Positions 9,406 to 18,472 of a stretch of 54,169 nt of DNA are shown one piece after another (within the stretch, counting starts at the first letter, position 1; every line of letters begins with the position of its first letter). A program made the translations under genes and the position numbers. This stretch comes from Bacteroidales bacterium. Lineage in GTDB: Bacteria > Bacteroidota > Bacteroidia > Bacteroidales > ML635J-15. The DNA lies in contig JAQUBO010000002.1 in NCBI GenBank assembly GCA_028686735.1, forward strand, positions 1 to 54,169, in the 5' to 3' direction. The notes below the pieces were generated by a model that saw only the letters and a list, made by a program, of their open reading frames with translations, did not search any database and was not told the DNA's origin.

Positions 9406-9514
9406 AAAATAGTTTATCAGTTTATTGATGCCTTCGAGACTTTAGTTAGCAGTCTTACTCTTTAGGCAGCTTGGTGCTTTTGTTTGATACTTGGAGGGCT
9501 GGTACTGATTAATT

Positions 9515-10126
9515 TTAAATTTTTTCAAACCTATAACCAAGTTTTGAATAATATGTCAGTGTAAACTCAAGTACGCTAAGCATTTTAGGTGCGGAGAATA
9601 AATTGTCGTGAAAGACTAATATTGACCCATTTCGAGTGTTTTTGAGAATTATCTTTTTAATTCTTGATTTACTATATTTTTTATGATAATCATAAGTTAG
9701 CACATCCCATAATACAATTTTGTAATCTTTTTTAATACGCCAACATTGCCAAGGATATATCCGCCCGTACGGTGGTCTAAAAAAGAAAGTTTCAGACACT
9801 GGCGATTTTCGTAAAGCATCTATTAGCCACTTTCTATTTGAGACTTTAAAGGCATCCAAATGCGAAAATGAATGGTTACCTATCGTATGACCAGCTATTT
9901 TGATTTTTTCTAATAAGTCAGGATACATAATGGCATTTGAGCCTTTACAAAAAAAACTTGCTTTTGCGTTGTACTTATCCAAAAGCTTAAGAATGTTTTC
10001 TGTTACCTTAGGATTTGGACCATCATCAAAACTTAAATATAATGTTTTACCTGGGGTTATTATTCTAGTTATTCCCTTACAAAATATTTTAGGATACCTT
10101 ATTGCTATGTTTTCTAATAATCTCAA
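9515..10126 (-). CDS. Polysaccharide deacetylase (NodB homology domain) family protein
   Basis: 203 aa. YLSFDDGPNP (Asp-Asp metal/catalytic motif) and HTIGNHSFSH (His-His motif) are typical of CE4 deacetylases. Confidence 0.85.
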   Translation of the reverse strand: MRLLENIAIRYPKIFCKGITRIITPGKTLYLSFDDGPNPKVTENILKLLDKYNAKASFFCKGSNAIMYPDLLEKIKIAGHTIGNHSFSHLDAFKVSNRKWLIDALRKSPVSETFFFRPPYGRIYPWQCWRIKKDYKIVLWDVLTYDYHKKYSKSRIKKIILKNTRNGSILVFHDNLFSAPKMLSVLEFTLTYYSKLGYRFEKI

Positions 10127-10166
10127 GACCCAATTGTTTTACTATTTAGTGTTTGTAAAGATAATA

Positions 10167-13100
10167 TTAAATGTCAGTATATATTTTTGCAGCCTTTTCA
10201 TACACATCACTAATTTCTTCTAAAAACTCTCGATGTTTATATTGGTTTGCTAATACATACAGTTCTTGAATAGTTTGCATTGCTCGTTGTTTATATATAT
10301 CTAAAGCTGTTTGCTGTTGCTTGCTAAACGATGAGTAAAAAATCAATTCTTGTAGTGAGTTTTGCGAAATTACAGAAGCAAGCTCTCGTGCTTTAGCTTT
10401 TTTATTGACACGATAATATCCATGAACAATTCCTACATTATAATAATCGAATGGTATTAGTTCGTTTGGAATAAGTTTTACACACATATCAAGCACCTCT
10501 TCCGATTTTTTTATTTCTCCCTCGAAATACAAGCCACGTGCAAGACGTGTAAAATGGTTTCGTGAATTTATCAGACTTGTGCGTGTTGCCATATCACTAG
10601 GTCTGTTTTGGGTTTTCAGACTTCCCCACTTAAACTTATTACTTACATTATTATACATTATTTTAGCATTCACATTAACGAGTTTATCCTCGCTAATATC
10701 TGTTTCTAGAGGCATTAATCTATAAGCAAAACCTTCTAAATATAAATATTTATCTAACCCAAGATAATTTCGTGTATTCATTGTAGAACTAAAATAAATC
10801 GGTCTATCCCACAAATGGTTTCGTATAATCTCTAAAACCATTAAATCACTTTTTGTAAAGCTTTCACGTTCTGGAGACCATATCATTTCGTTGATAGGTG
10901 ATGTTTTTTGACTTGGACTTAGCTCAAAAACTTTATCAATAATATTATTATTTACAGGTAGCGAAAGGGTAGTAGCCGGGAAATAATCTATTGGATAAGG
11001 ATAAAGTTTTGTGCCAATTTTTGTTGATTCATCATCAGAAAAAACAAAGTTTAAGACTGGATGTAAAGGTAAAGCGTAACTAGTTTGTTTCTCAAGGAAG
11101 ACTTTAAACTTTCCAATTAAGTCAAGTGCCTGTGTTTGTGTTATACCAAAAGCTTCGCACTGTTCTGCATTATCAAGGCTTTGCACAACAGCATGCAAAT
11201 CTCTAAAATTTTGGTCTGCTCCATGCGGCTGAATATCGCTATAAAAATTTATAAAATTATTATATTTATCAGGATGCTCTTTATCAAAACCATTGGTTTG
11301 CCACATTTTTAATAAAAAATTAAATATGGCTTTATAATCAGCATTAATTTCATTTATATTCTGATAATAAATATCTTCGATAAAAGCATAAGGATTGTTT
11401 CTAACTGGCAACAACTCTCGCTGCCCCGACATATATCCTTTGGAAGATACGCTAATGTTTACTGGCTTTGTGCTGTGTTGTTTTCGTTGAATTTGCTCTA
11501 AATACCAACTTGTATTTAAAAAACTAAGATTTATAATTTTAACATCGGTTCTAATATTTTGTGTTTCTTGTAAATACCACAATGGAAAAGTCTCATTATC
11601 ACCAGCCGTAAAAAGTATTGCATTCTCAGCACACGAATTTAGCATATTATAAGCAAAATAATAAGCAAAATCATCGTGGCAACGATTATGGTCATCAAAA
11701 TTTGTACAGAAAAACTGAAACGGCACAGCCAAAAACGAAAGGCTTAAAACTATATATATTAGATGTTTTTTTGTAAAATGTTTTTTAAGATATTGATAAA
11801 TTGCATAAACACCAATTCCAATCCATATAGCAAAAACATAAAAAGAACCAACATAAGAATAATCTCTTTCGCGTGCCTGATATGGATGCTGGTTTAGATA
11901 AAAAGCAATAGCTATACCAGTAAAAATAAATAATAAAAGACTCACAAGAAAGTATTTTTTATCTTTCTGAAAAAGATATATCAGACCAATAATTCCAAAA
12001 ATAAAAGGTAGAAAATAATACGGATTTCGAGACATATCATTTTTTAAAAATTCTGGCAATTCGTTGGGTGTATTTAGTCTTAATTTATCAATAAAACCAA
12101 TTCCAGATATCCAGTTTCCATAAATAGGTCCTCCATGCGACTGAATATCGTTTTGAGCACCAATAAAATTTCTAAACAAGTATCTAAAATACATGTGATT
12201 AAATTGGTATCTGAACATAAACTTTATATTCGTTGCAAAAGAGGGTACGTCATCCTTTTTATAATTTGTCCACTGTCTATATGCAGCAATATGTTCAGGT
12301 AAATCGCTCCACATTCGTGGTAAAAAAACTTTGTCAGCCGAAATGTAATTTGCCTCGGGTTTGCGACTAATAATTTCGTATTTGCCGCTAACAGTATCGT
12401 AAACAGGTGCCCCCTCAATGTAAGGATTTATTTTATCTTTTTGCGAATTAAATTGTTGTCCATACCATAACGGACGGTCGCCATATTGTTCGCGGTTTAG
12501 ATATGACACAAAATTAAAAATGGTCTCAGGATTATTTTCATCAATTGGTGGGTTTGCAGCCGAACGAATTAAAACCGTTACGTATATCGAAAATCCCATA
12601 ATGAAAAACATCAGACCTGTAATAACAAAATTCAAATTTAGTTTTTTCTTTTTTCCAGAATACCATATCCCCGAAATAAAAACTGTACATGAAAATATTG
12701 CAAAAGCAAATAATCCCGAATTATATCCCAGATATAAGCGATTTACAAAAAACCACTCGAATTTCGATGCAATTACAGGTAAATAAGTTATTACTGCTTG
12801 TGCCAAAACAAGTAATAAAATCGCATAAAGGCTAAATTTTGCAAATTCTTTTTTGTTTTGAGTTCTCCTGTCGAAATAATAAATAAAAACAAAAGCAGGA
12901 ATAACCAAAATGTTTAGCAAATGTACGCCAGTGGATATTCCAAGGAGTAAAACAGTCAACAATGTCCATCTGTTTTTAGCAGATATTTTAGTAAAACTTG
13001 TTGTTTTTAACATTGTCCAAACAGTAAGCGAAGTAAAAAATATAGATAATGAATAAACTTCGGCTTCGGTTGCGATAAACCAAAAGCTTGACGAAAGAGC

Positions 13101-13484
13101 AAGAGCAATTGCTCCTATAAACGCTGCCCCGCTATGTAATAAATCGTTTTTTGCATCTGTTTCGTTATTTTTAAATCGTTTTAATAAAATAATAATGCTC
13201 TTATAAGTAAAAAACACTGCAAACGCACAAGAAAACACCGATAATAGGTTGACAAAAAATGCAATGTTTTCAGAATTAAACGCAAATATTGAAAATATTC
13301 TGGCAAGTATCATATAAAACGGAGCACCTGGCGGGTGTCCTATCTGCAATCCGTGAGCACAGGTAATAATTTCGCCACAGTCCCAAAAATTTACAGTTAA
13401 CGACATGCTAGTCAGATATACAATTAAACTAATCGCAAATGCTAACCAAGCTCCAATATCAATTATGTTTTTCTGTAATTTCAT
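10167..13484 (-). CDS. DUF2723 family polytopic membrane protein (glycosyltransferase-C-fold-like, TMEM260-related)
   Basis: 1105 aa. The N-terminal hallmark is NFWDCGEIITCAHGLQIGHPPGAPFYMILARIF. About a dozen hydrophobic segments are followed by a large soluble C-terminal region. Confidence 0.8.
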   Translation of the reverse strand: MKLQKNIIDIGAWLAFAISLIVYLTSMSLTVNFWDCGEIITCAHGLQIGHPPGAPFYMILARIFSIFAFNSENIAFFVNLLSVFSCAFAVFFTYKSIIILLKRFKNNETDAKNDLLHSGAAFIGAIALALSSSFWFIATEAEVYSLSIFFTSLTVWTMLKTTSFTKISAKNRWTLLTVLLLGISTGVHLLNILVIPAFVFIYYFDRRTQNKKEFAKFSLYAILLLVLAQAVITYLPVIASKFEWFFVNRLYLGYNSGLFAFAIFSCTVFISGIWYSGKKKKLNLNFVITGLMFFIMGFSIYVTVLIRSAANPPIDENNPETIFNFVSYLNREQYGDRPLWYGQQFNSQKDKINPYIEGAPVYDTVSGKYEIISRKPEANYISADKVFLPRMWSDLPEHIAAYRQWTNYKKDDVPSFATNIKFMFRYQFNHMYFRYLFRNFIGAQNDIQSHGGPIYGNWISGIGFIDKLRLNTPNELPEFLKNDMSRNPYYFLPFIFGIIGLIYLFQKDKKYFLVSLLLFIFTGIAIAFYLNQHPYQARERDYSYVGSFYVFAIWIGIGVYAIYQYLKKHFTKKHLIYIVLSLSFLAVPFQFFCTNFDDHNRCHDDFAYYFAYNMLNSCAENAILFTAGDNETFPLWYLQETQNIRTDVKIINLSFLNTSWYLEQIQRKQHSTKPVNISVSSKGYMSGQRELLPVRNNPYAFIEDIYYQNINEINADYKAIFNFLLKMWQTNGFDKEHPDKYNNFINFYSDIQPHGADQNFRDLHAVVQSLDNAEQCEAFGITQTQALDLIGKFKVFLEKQTSYALPLHPVLNFVFSDDESTKIGTKLYPYPIDYFPATTLSLPVNNNIIDKVFELSPSQKTSPINEMIWSPERESFTKSDLMVLEIIRNHLWDRPIYFSSTMNTRNYLGLDKYLYLEGFAYRLMPLETDISEDKLVNVNAKIMYNNVSNKFKWGSLKTQNRPSDMATRTSLINSRNHFTRLARGLYFEGEIKKSEEVLDMCVKLIPNELIPFDYYNVGIVHGYYRVNKKAKARELASVISQNSLQELIFYSSFSKQQQTALDIYKQRAMQTIQELYVLANQYKHREFLEEISDVYEKAAKIYTDI

Positions 13485-13840
13485 TTTATACTTAATTCGG
13501 CTAAATTAATCATATAAATTCAGCTAACGAAGTTTTTTTATGAATTTATAAAATTTTTAAGTGTATAATAAAAATGAAAAACATCTATTTCTGCGTAAAA
13601 TGGAACAATTAGCATAAAATTAGAATACAGATAAAAACCAATATTAACGCACAAAAAAGAGAACAAAAAAACTTATTATTGCAGCAGATTTGTCAAGTTC
13701 TAATGAGGCAGATCCTAAATAATTTGATTATTGATAACGTATTGTTTCGTTTGCGGAGCAAATTGATAATATGTCTTGTTTACGGTTCAAATTTGGTTTG
13801 TATTATTTTAAAAGATGCAAAAATTGTTATAATCATAGTT

Positions 13841-14145
13841 TTACGAACTCCATTCTTTTGGGTTGTCAATTATATACTGTTTTACCTTTAGATAATCGTT
13901 TTCTGTGTTGATAATTATTACATGAATATGATTGGGCATTATCACTCATTCATCCAAAACAATTCGTTTGTGGTATTCTGGTAATTTGATTATCTCGTTT
14001 TTAATGATTTCGCCATATTCAACCACACCGAGGATTTTTTTTCGTCCTGTATGTTGACAGTTATATAATATATACCCGGATCTGAATAATTGTGCTGAAC
14101 TCTACGATTGGAACGATTTAAATGTAAATTCTTATTGGTTTTCAT
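13841..14145 (-). pseudogene. Decayed IS200/RayT-like (Y1 transposase family) gene remnant
   Basis: Hand translation gives MKTNKNLHLNRSNRRVQHNYSDPGIYYITVNIQDEKK, then a frame change at the 8-nt T run (A on the coding strand) at 14035..14042. It continues ILGVVEYGEIIKNEIIKLPEYHKRIVLDE, has an in-frame TGA (13946..13948), then VIMPNHIHVIIINTENDYLKVKQYIIDNPKEWSS. The MPNHIH and NP..W motifs fit the family, but the middle of the protein is missing. Confidence 0.6.
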
Positions 14146-14335
14146 TGTTGTTGTATGTTAATTAAAACTTGGTTCAGTTTTAAAATCTTCGGTTTACAGA
14201 TTTACAATTTCATTATAATCCAGAACTTTTTGATAATTGACTGCAAATTGTTTCTTTAAAGTTAGCAAATTTTGCTTAAAGTCGTATGAGATTTGATAAA
14301 TTTTCAATGTTTATTACTATGCAATTTACACTCGA

Positions 14336-14709
14336 TTAACTGACATAACTTAGTTTAAAATGTGTGCAGTTGCTATATGGTACACGACTCATATTTGAAA
14401 TATTATTACCACAACAATTACAAAATTCAGGTATATGTGTTTCAATAATATCTGGTGTTTCAACCATATTTAAAGTTTTTCCTTTTCTGCCTTTTTGACC
14501 ACCTACTTTTCTATCTGATTTTTCTCGCAAGCTTGTTCTTTTCGGTCTGTTTTCATCTTTTGATGGTGGGATGGAACTATTATTGCTGTTTTTAGGGTTT
14601 TCATATTTTGATAGACGATGCTTTAAGACTACAACTTCTTAGTAAACTCTTCAAACTTTTTTAAGAGAACCATTACTAATGTTTGTAATTCTTTTACATC
14701 TTCTGTCAT
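14336..14709 (-). pseudogene. IS66-family transposase N-terminal remnant (frameshifted and 3'-truncated)
   Basis: The minus strand reads MTEDVKELQTLVMVLLKKFEEFTKKL, then a stop at 14629..14631. A second frame reads EVVVLKHRLSKYENPKNSNNSSIPPSKDENRPKRTSLREKSDRKVGGQKGRKGKTLNMVETPDIIETHIPEFCNCCG. The NSS.PPS...R.KS.RK.GGQ.G..G.TL and C..CG pattern is the IS66 N-terminal signature. Only about 125 of roughly 500 aa remain. Confidence 0.7.
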
Positions 14710-14855
14710 ACAGCAAAAATAGCTCATTACCTAAATATAATTCTAATAGGTTTGGCATTACTCATTAATAGTGGTATGGTGAAAAATAATTTTGCATTTT
14801 TAAAAAACAATAACTATATTTAGTATTGATTAGTAACACCATAATAATATGAAAT

Positions 14856-15851
14856 ATGAAAAGGATTTTATTAACTATTTTTGCAATTATTGCATCATTA
14901 AACGTTTTGTTTACCCAAAATGATACATTAAATGTTATTTTTGAATTTAATTCTCCGACACCAAATCCATGGGGGTTGACCTTTGATGGCACGGACTTTT
15001 GGGTGAGTGATCATATCAGTGGAATGATTTACAAATCTAATCCAACAGGTCAAACAGTTGATTCAATCGAAGTAATATCCTCAATGATTACGGGTATATC
15101 ATTCGTAAATGATACTTTATGGGCTTTAAATTCAAAAATAGTTAAAGATACTATAATGAATACATCAGCTTATCCTGTTTATTTTTTATACAAAATTGAT
15201 AAATCAAATGGACACAAAATTGATTCAATAGAAATAATTGGTTCTGCAACAAATTTACAGTCTGGCGATTTATGGGGATTAGAGTTCCACAATGATAAGT
15301 TTTATATTTCATATAATGGAGGTTATGGACCTTGTTTAATTGAAGTTGAAAGAAATGGCATCTGTTCAGATTTATGTTGTACACATTTAGTCGGTATGAC
15401 AGTTGCTTATGATTCTATTTGGGCAATTAGGTATGGAGGAGATTTGATTACTGTAACCAATGGGTATGATGAAAATTGGAAATATAGAATCGTTTGTAAT
15501 GCAACTGATTTAGCTTATGATGGTGAAAATTTTTGGGTTATTGATACAGCTGATAATAAAATTAAAAAGTTGGAGGGGGTAACAGCATTAATAAGTAATT
15601 TGAATGAAAATAATGATTTTCATATTTTTCCAAATCCAACAAAAGATTATTTTAATTTAACACCTGGTAAAAGCAATATAGATATACAAACGATTGTGAT
15701 TACGGATATTAATGGACGAATTGTAGAAAATATTCGGTGGAATAAAAATGATAGTCAAAGAATAGACATTTCTCATCTTTTAAAAGGTGTATATTTCATT
15801 GCAATAAGTAATGGAAATAAAGTAGTCATCAAGAAAATTGTTAAGAAATAA
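14856..15851 (+). CDS. Secreted hypothetical protein (probable beta-propeller) with T9SS type A C-terminal sorting domain
   Basis: 331 aa. Signal peptide MKRILLTIFAIIASLNVLFTQ. Repeated W/FW-containing strands are present. The C-terminus FHIFPNPTKDYFNL...GVYFIAISNGNKVVIKKIVKK is CTD-like. Confidence 0.7.
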   Translation: MKRILLTIFAIIASLNVLFTQNDTLNVIFEFNSPTPNPWGLTFDGTDFWVSDHISGMIYKSNPTGQTVDSIEVISSMITGISFVNDTLWALNSKIVKDTIMNTSAYPVYFLYKIDKSNGHKIDSIEIIGSATNLQSGDLWGLEFHNDKFYISYNGGYGPCLIEVERNGICSDLCCTHLVGMTVAYDSIWAIRYGGDLITVTNGYDENWKYRIVCNATDLAYDGENFWVIDTADNKIKKLEGVTALISNLNENNDFHIFPNPTKDYFNLTPGKSNIDIQTIVITDINGRIVENIRWNKNDSQRIDISHLLKGVYFIAISNGNKVVIKKIVKK

Positions 15852-16004
15852 TAATTGCCGATCTGCTTTGCCAATTGGCACAGAGCTAAATCCAGGCGAG
15901 CTTGGTTTTCGTTTTACTCGGAAACCAAAATTTGTGGGCAAGAATTTTATTTCACTCTTACACAAAGAGAAAAAATAAATGACACTATCTCTTAAAGCTT
16001 GTAA

Positions 16005-16039
16005 TAAAAAAAGCCTCACTAAAAAGTAAGGCTTTTTTT
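16005..16039. terminator. Bidirectional rho-independent terminator-like hairpin just downstream of tRNA-Val
   Basis: AAGCCT (16011..16016) pairs with AGGCTT (16029..16034). The hairpin is flanked by an A run on the left and a T run (16033..16039) on the right, so it has a U tract on either strand. Confidence 0.5.
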
Positions 16040-16044
16040 GATTG

Positions 16045-16119
16045 TGGGAATTAATGGATTCGAACCATTGACCCCCTGCTTGTAAGGCAGGTGCTCTGAA
16101 CCAACTGAGCTAAACTCCC
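16045..16119 (-). tRNA. tRNA-Val (anticodon TAC)
   Basis: The 75-nt reverse complement is GGGAGTT TA GCTC AGTTGGTTCA GAGC A CCTGC CTTACAA GCAGG GGGTC AATGG TTCGAAT CCATT AATTCCC A. It folds into a full cloverleaf with a 7-bp acceptor stem (one G-T pair), a TTCGAAT T-loop and anticodon TAC. CCA is not encoded. Confidence 0.9.
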
Positions 16120-16153
16120 GATTTCTAAGAACGTTCCCCATTATTTGGGAGTG

Positions 16154-16161
16154 CAAATATA
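16154..16161 (-). promoter_or_regulatory. Candidate -7 promoter box (TAtaTTTG) for tRNA-Val
   Basis: The minus strand reads TATATTTG about 35 nt upstream of the tRNA 5' end (16119). Confidence 0.35.
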
Positions 16162-16371
16162 TATTTGTTTTTTAATCTTACCAAATTATTTTAAAATTAT
16201 TTTAATTTTTATTTATCCTTTCCAGCTTTTATATCTAAAACAATGAATTTGCCAATAAAATATACCGCCTGTTACACGTATTTCTTTGTACTTACTAGTG
16301 TTGGCAACGACATACTCTTTGCAAGTTTTGGCTTTTGTGGTGGCTGGTACGACTTGCCTATGTGTATGGCT

Positions 16372-17475
16372 TTAAGCGGCTGCATCTATTTTTTTCAATA
16401 ACTGTCTATGATATTCTAAATACTTACATCTTTGTTCGTTCAAAATGTGCTTATCTAATGTGTAATTTTTCCAAAATTTGACTACGTCATTTGATAATCG
16501 TTTTGAAAAAATGATTGTTCCCTCGTCTGTAAGTGAAATATATTTTAAGTCAAAAAGTGAATCAATTGTTCTGCTTAGAAGTAAGCCATTATTTGGGTCA
16601 TAAGCTTCTATTTCATTAGATTCAATAAAGGGCTTAATATGACTTGCTATTAATACGGGATAAGTTAATTTTTCTAAAACACAAAGTGGATTACCATATA
16701 ATTCTTCGCATTCTTCTTGAAGTTGATTTTTGTATAATCTGTGTAAATATGGGTCTCTTCTTTTTGTAATAGCTTTTAAATCTTCTCCAAAAATTTGTTC
16801 TGCATCTTCTTTGAAATACAAATCATCTTTAACGAAAACTAAATCATCAAGTTTACCTAAAATATTGTAGAGATATCCAATTTGGTTGTGTTTCCTGTCG
16901 ATAAAACCAATCTTTCTAGCTTCTGCTACATAGTTTTGCAATTCATCAGATTTAATAAATGGTTCGTCGTGTTTTTCAATATCTACGAGCATTAAGGCTA
17001 TTATTTCTTCTTTGGACAATTTGCCTTTCTCAATTAAAGTTTGAATCAAAAAGTTGATTTGCTTTATTGAAGATTCATTATTTACTGCTCTGTTAAAGCT
17101 TGAATTTGAATAAATTATTTTAGATAAAAGTGTTTCTCTTTTTTTGTTGGTTCTTGCATCAATATATTCTTTAGCTTGTGGATGGTATGAAACCAAAAAA
17201 GAATTGATAAACCCCATTTTTACTAGTTGATTTGTTGATTTTCTTATCGAAATTAAATTTATAGGATTAACCTTTTCAACTTCAAGTTGAAGTCTATTAT
17301 ATTTATCTTCGAAATAAGGCTCATCTTTAAAATTATCTATAAATTTAACACATACAGCGAGTGTATCTAAAAACTTTTTTCCATTATAATCGGTAAAAGC
17401 ATTGGTTAATTTCCAATATTCTTCATAATTCTGCTGTGGCATAATTTCCCCTAGTATTATCTTGATAAAGTTCAT
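16372..17475 (-). CDS. HNH-motif restriction endonuclease (C-terminal HNH/beta-beta-alpha-Me nuclease domain)
   Basis: 367 aa. The C-terminal segment is CVLEKLTYPVLIASHIKPFIESNEIEAYDPNNGLLLSRTIDSLFDLKYISL, which matches the C...L.A(S)HIKP....NGLLL....H/D.LFD pattern of HNH_2-type nucleases. It is the last gene of a methyltransferase operon. The true start may be Met12 (ATG 17442..17440). The 5' end overlaps the upstream MTase gene. Confidence 0.75.
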   Translation of the reverse strand: MNFIKIILGEIMPQQNYEEYWKLTNAFTDYNGKKFLDTLAVCVKFIDNFKDEPYFEDKYNRLQLEVEKVNPINLISIRKSTNQLVKMGFINSFLVSYHPQAKEYIDARTNKKRETLLSKIIYSNSSFNRAVNNESSIKQINFLIQTLIEKGKLSKEEIIALMLVDIEKHDEPFIKSDELQNYVAEARKIGFIDRKHNQIGYLYNILGKLDDLVFVKDDLYFKEDAEQIFGEDLKAITKRRDPYLHRLYKNQLQEECEELYGNPLCVLEKLTYPVLIASHIKPFIESNEIEAYDPNNGLLLSRTIDSLFDLKYISLTDEGTIIFSKRLSNDVVKFWKNYTLDKHILNEQRCKYLEYHRQLLKKIDAAA

Positions 17476-18472
17476 TTTTTACTATGAATAAATATTCTTT
17501 ATTCGTTTCTTTCTTTTCCTTTCCTGTTATCTTATAGTTATGCTTACGTTCAATTACCTGAACATTATCTGAATATTTATTAAGCAAATATAACAACTCA
17601 TTTTTTGTTGGAAATGAAGAGTTGTTATAACTCAAAATCCAATATTTAAAGTTTGATAATTTTGAAAATAATTTGTCAAACAATAATCCTATTGTTTTTC
17701 TGTCAATAAAATTATTTTCAAATGGGATTGTTTTTGAAGATTCAATAAAGTCATCAATTAAACCATAAAAACCAAAGTAATTATTCATAGTGCCTGTATA
17801 AGGCGGGTCTAAATAAATGATGTCTGCTTTAATTTTGTCTAACAAATTAAAAACATCATCATTGTAGGCGATGTTGTTCTTTGAATTATTAAAAACGGAA
17901 TTATTATATTCATTTACATTTTGTAAAAAATGGTATTTGAATGACTTATTGTGATAAGCTCTTTTTCGTTTATATTTTTCATAACTATACTCTTCATCTC
18001 TTAGTTGCTTGATCTTGTCCCAATTTATATTGAAGCGTGAATATGGCATTTTGCGAATCATAGTTCTACGCATTAATGCAAAAGCAAGAGATTTTTTAGT
18101 TTCCGAATCTAATTTTTCAATATTTTGTCTGTACAAATCAAGTTCTTTGCATTCTTCGGGAAAGAAAAAAACCTCTGAATAGTTTTTAAACATAAAACCT
18201 TCAAATGGTTCGCCTGAAAAAATTATTTCAATATCTTCTTTGGATAAAATTGTTGAATTGTTTTGTATTAAAGCATTAGCAATATGATAATTTATTTTCA
18301 AGATATCGTTTGTATATACTTCAAGCCCTCTAAATTTTGCTTCATAACTTAAAGAACAACCACCTGAAAATGCATCAAATAAGGTTTTAGCATCACTTGG
18401 GAATTGGTCGCAAATCCATTTTGCGATTTTCTCTTTATTACCTATATAATTAACTTTGGGGTATTTAAACAT
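17423..18472 (-). CDS. D12-class DNA N6-adenine methyltransferase
   Basis: 349 aa. N-terminal NYIGNKEKIAKWI, motif I DAFSGGCSLS and motif IV IIYLDPPYTG. Confidence 0.85.
   Translation of the reverse strand: MFKYPKVNYIGNKEKIAKWICDQFPSDAKTLFDAFSGGCSLSYEAKFRGLEVYTNDILKINYHIANALIQNNSTILSKEDIEIIFSGEPFEGFMFKNYSEVFFFPEECKELDLYRQNIEKLDSETKKSLAFALMRRTMIRKMPYSRFNINWDKIKQLRDEEYSYEKYKRKRAYHNKSFKYHFLQNVNEYNNSVFNNSKNNIAYNDDVFNLLDKIKADIIYLDPPYTGTMNNYFGFYGLIDDFIESSKTIPFENNFIDRKTIGLLFDKLFSKLSNFKYWILSYNNSSFPTKNELLYLLNKYSDNVQVIERKHNYKITGKEKKETNKEYLFIVKNELYQDNTRGNYATAEL

Noticed and set aside
9900-10223. 107-aa plus-strand ORF overlapping the deacetylase gene and the 3' end of the DUF2723 gene.
   Set aside because: It is antisense to two well-supported genes. 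Its hydrophobic low-complexity translation is typical of AT-rich antisense frames.
13679-13891. 70-aa plus-strand ORF in the region between DUF2723 and the IS remnants.
   Set aside because: It overlaps the 3' part of the decayed RayT/IS200-like remnant on the opposite strand. It is AT-rich and low-complexity with no motif.
14765-14992. 75-aa minus-strand ORF overlapping the start of the T9SS cargo gene.
   Set aside because: It overlaps the signal-peptide-encoding start of a better-supported plus-strand gene, and it has no motif.
16045-16119. Looked for a direct repeat of the tRNA-Val 3' end (att-like duplication) in 13485..14855 and 19786..19970 to delimit an island.
   Set aside because: No convincing second copy was seen by eye. 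No integrase gene is present either, so no att sites are claimed.
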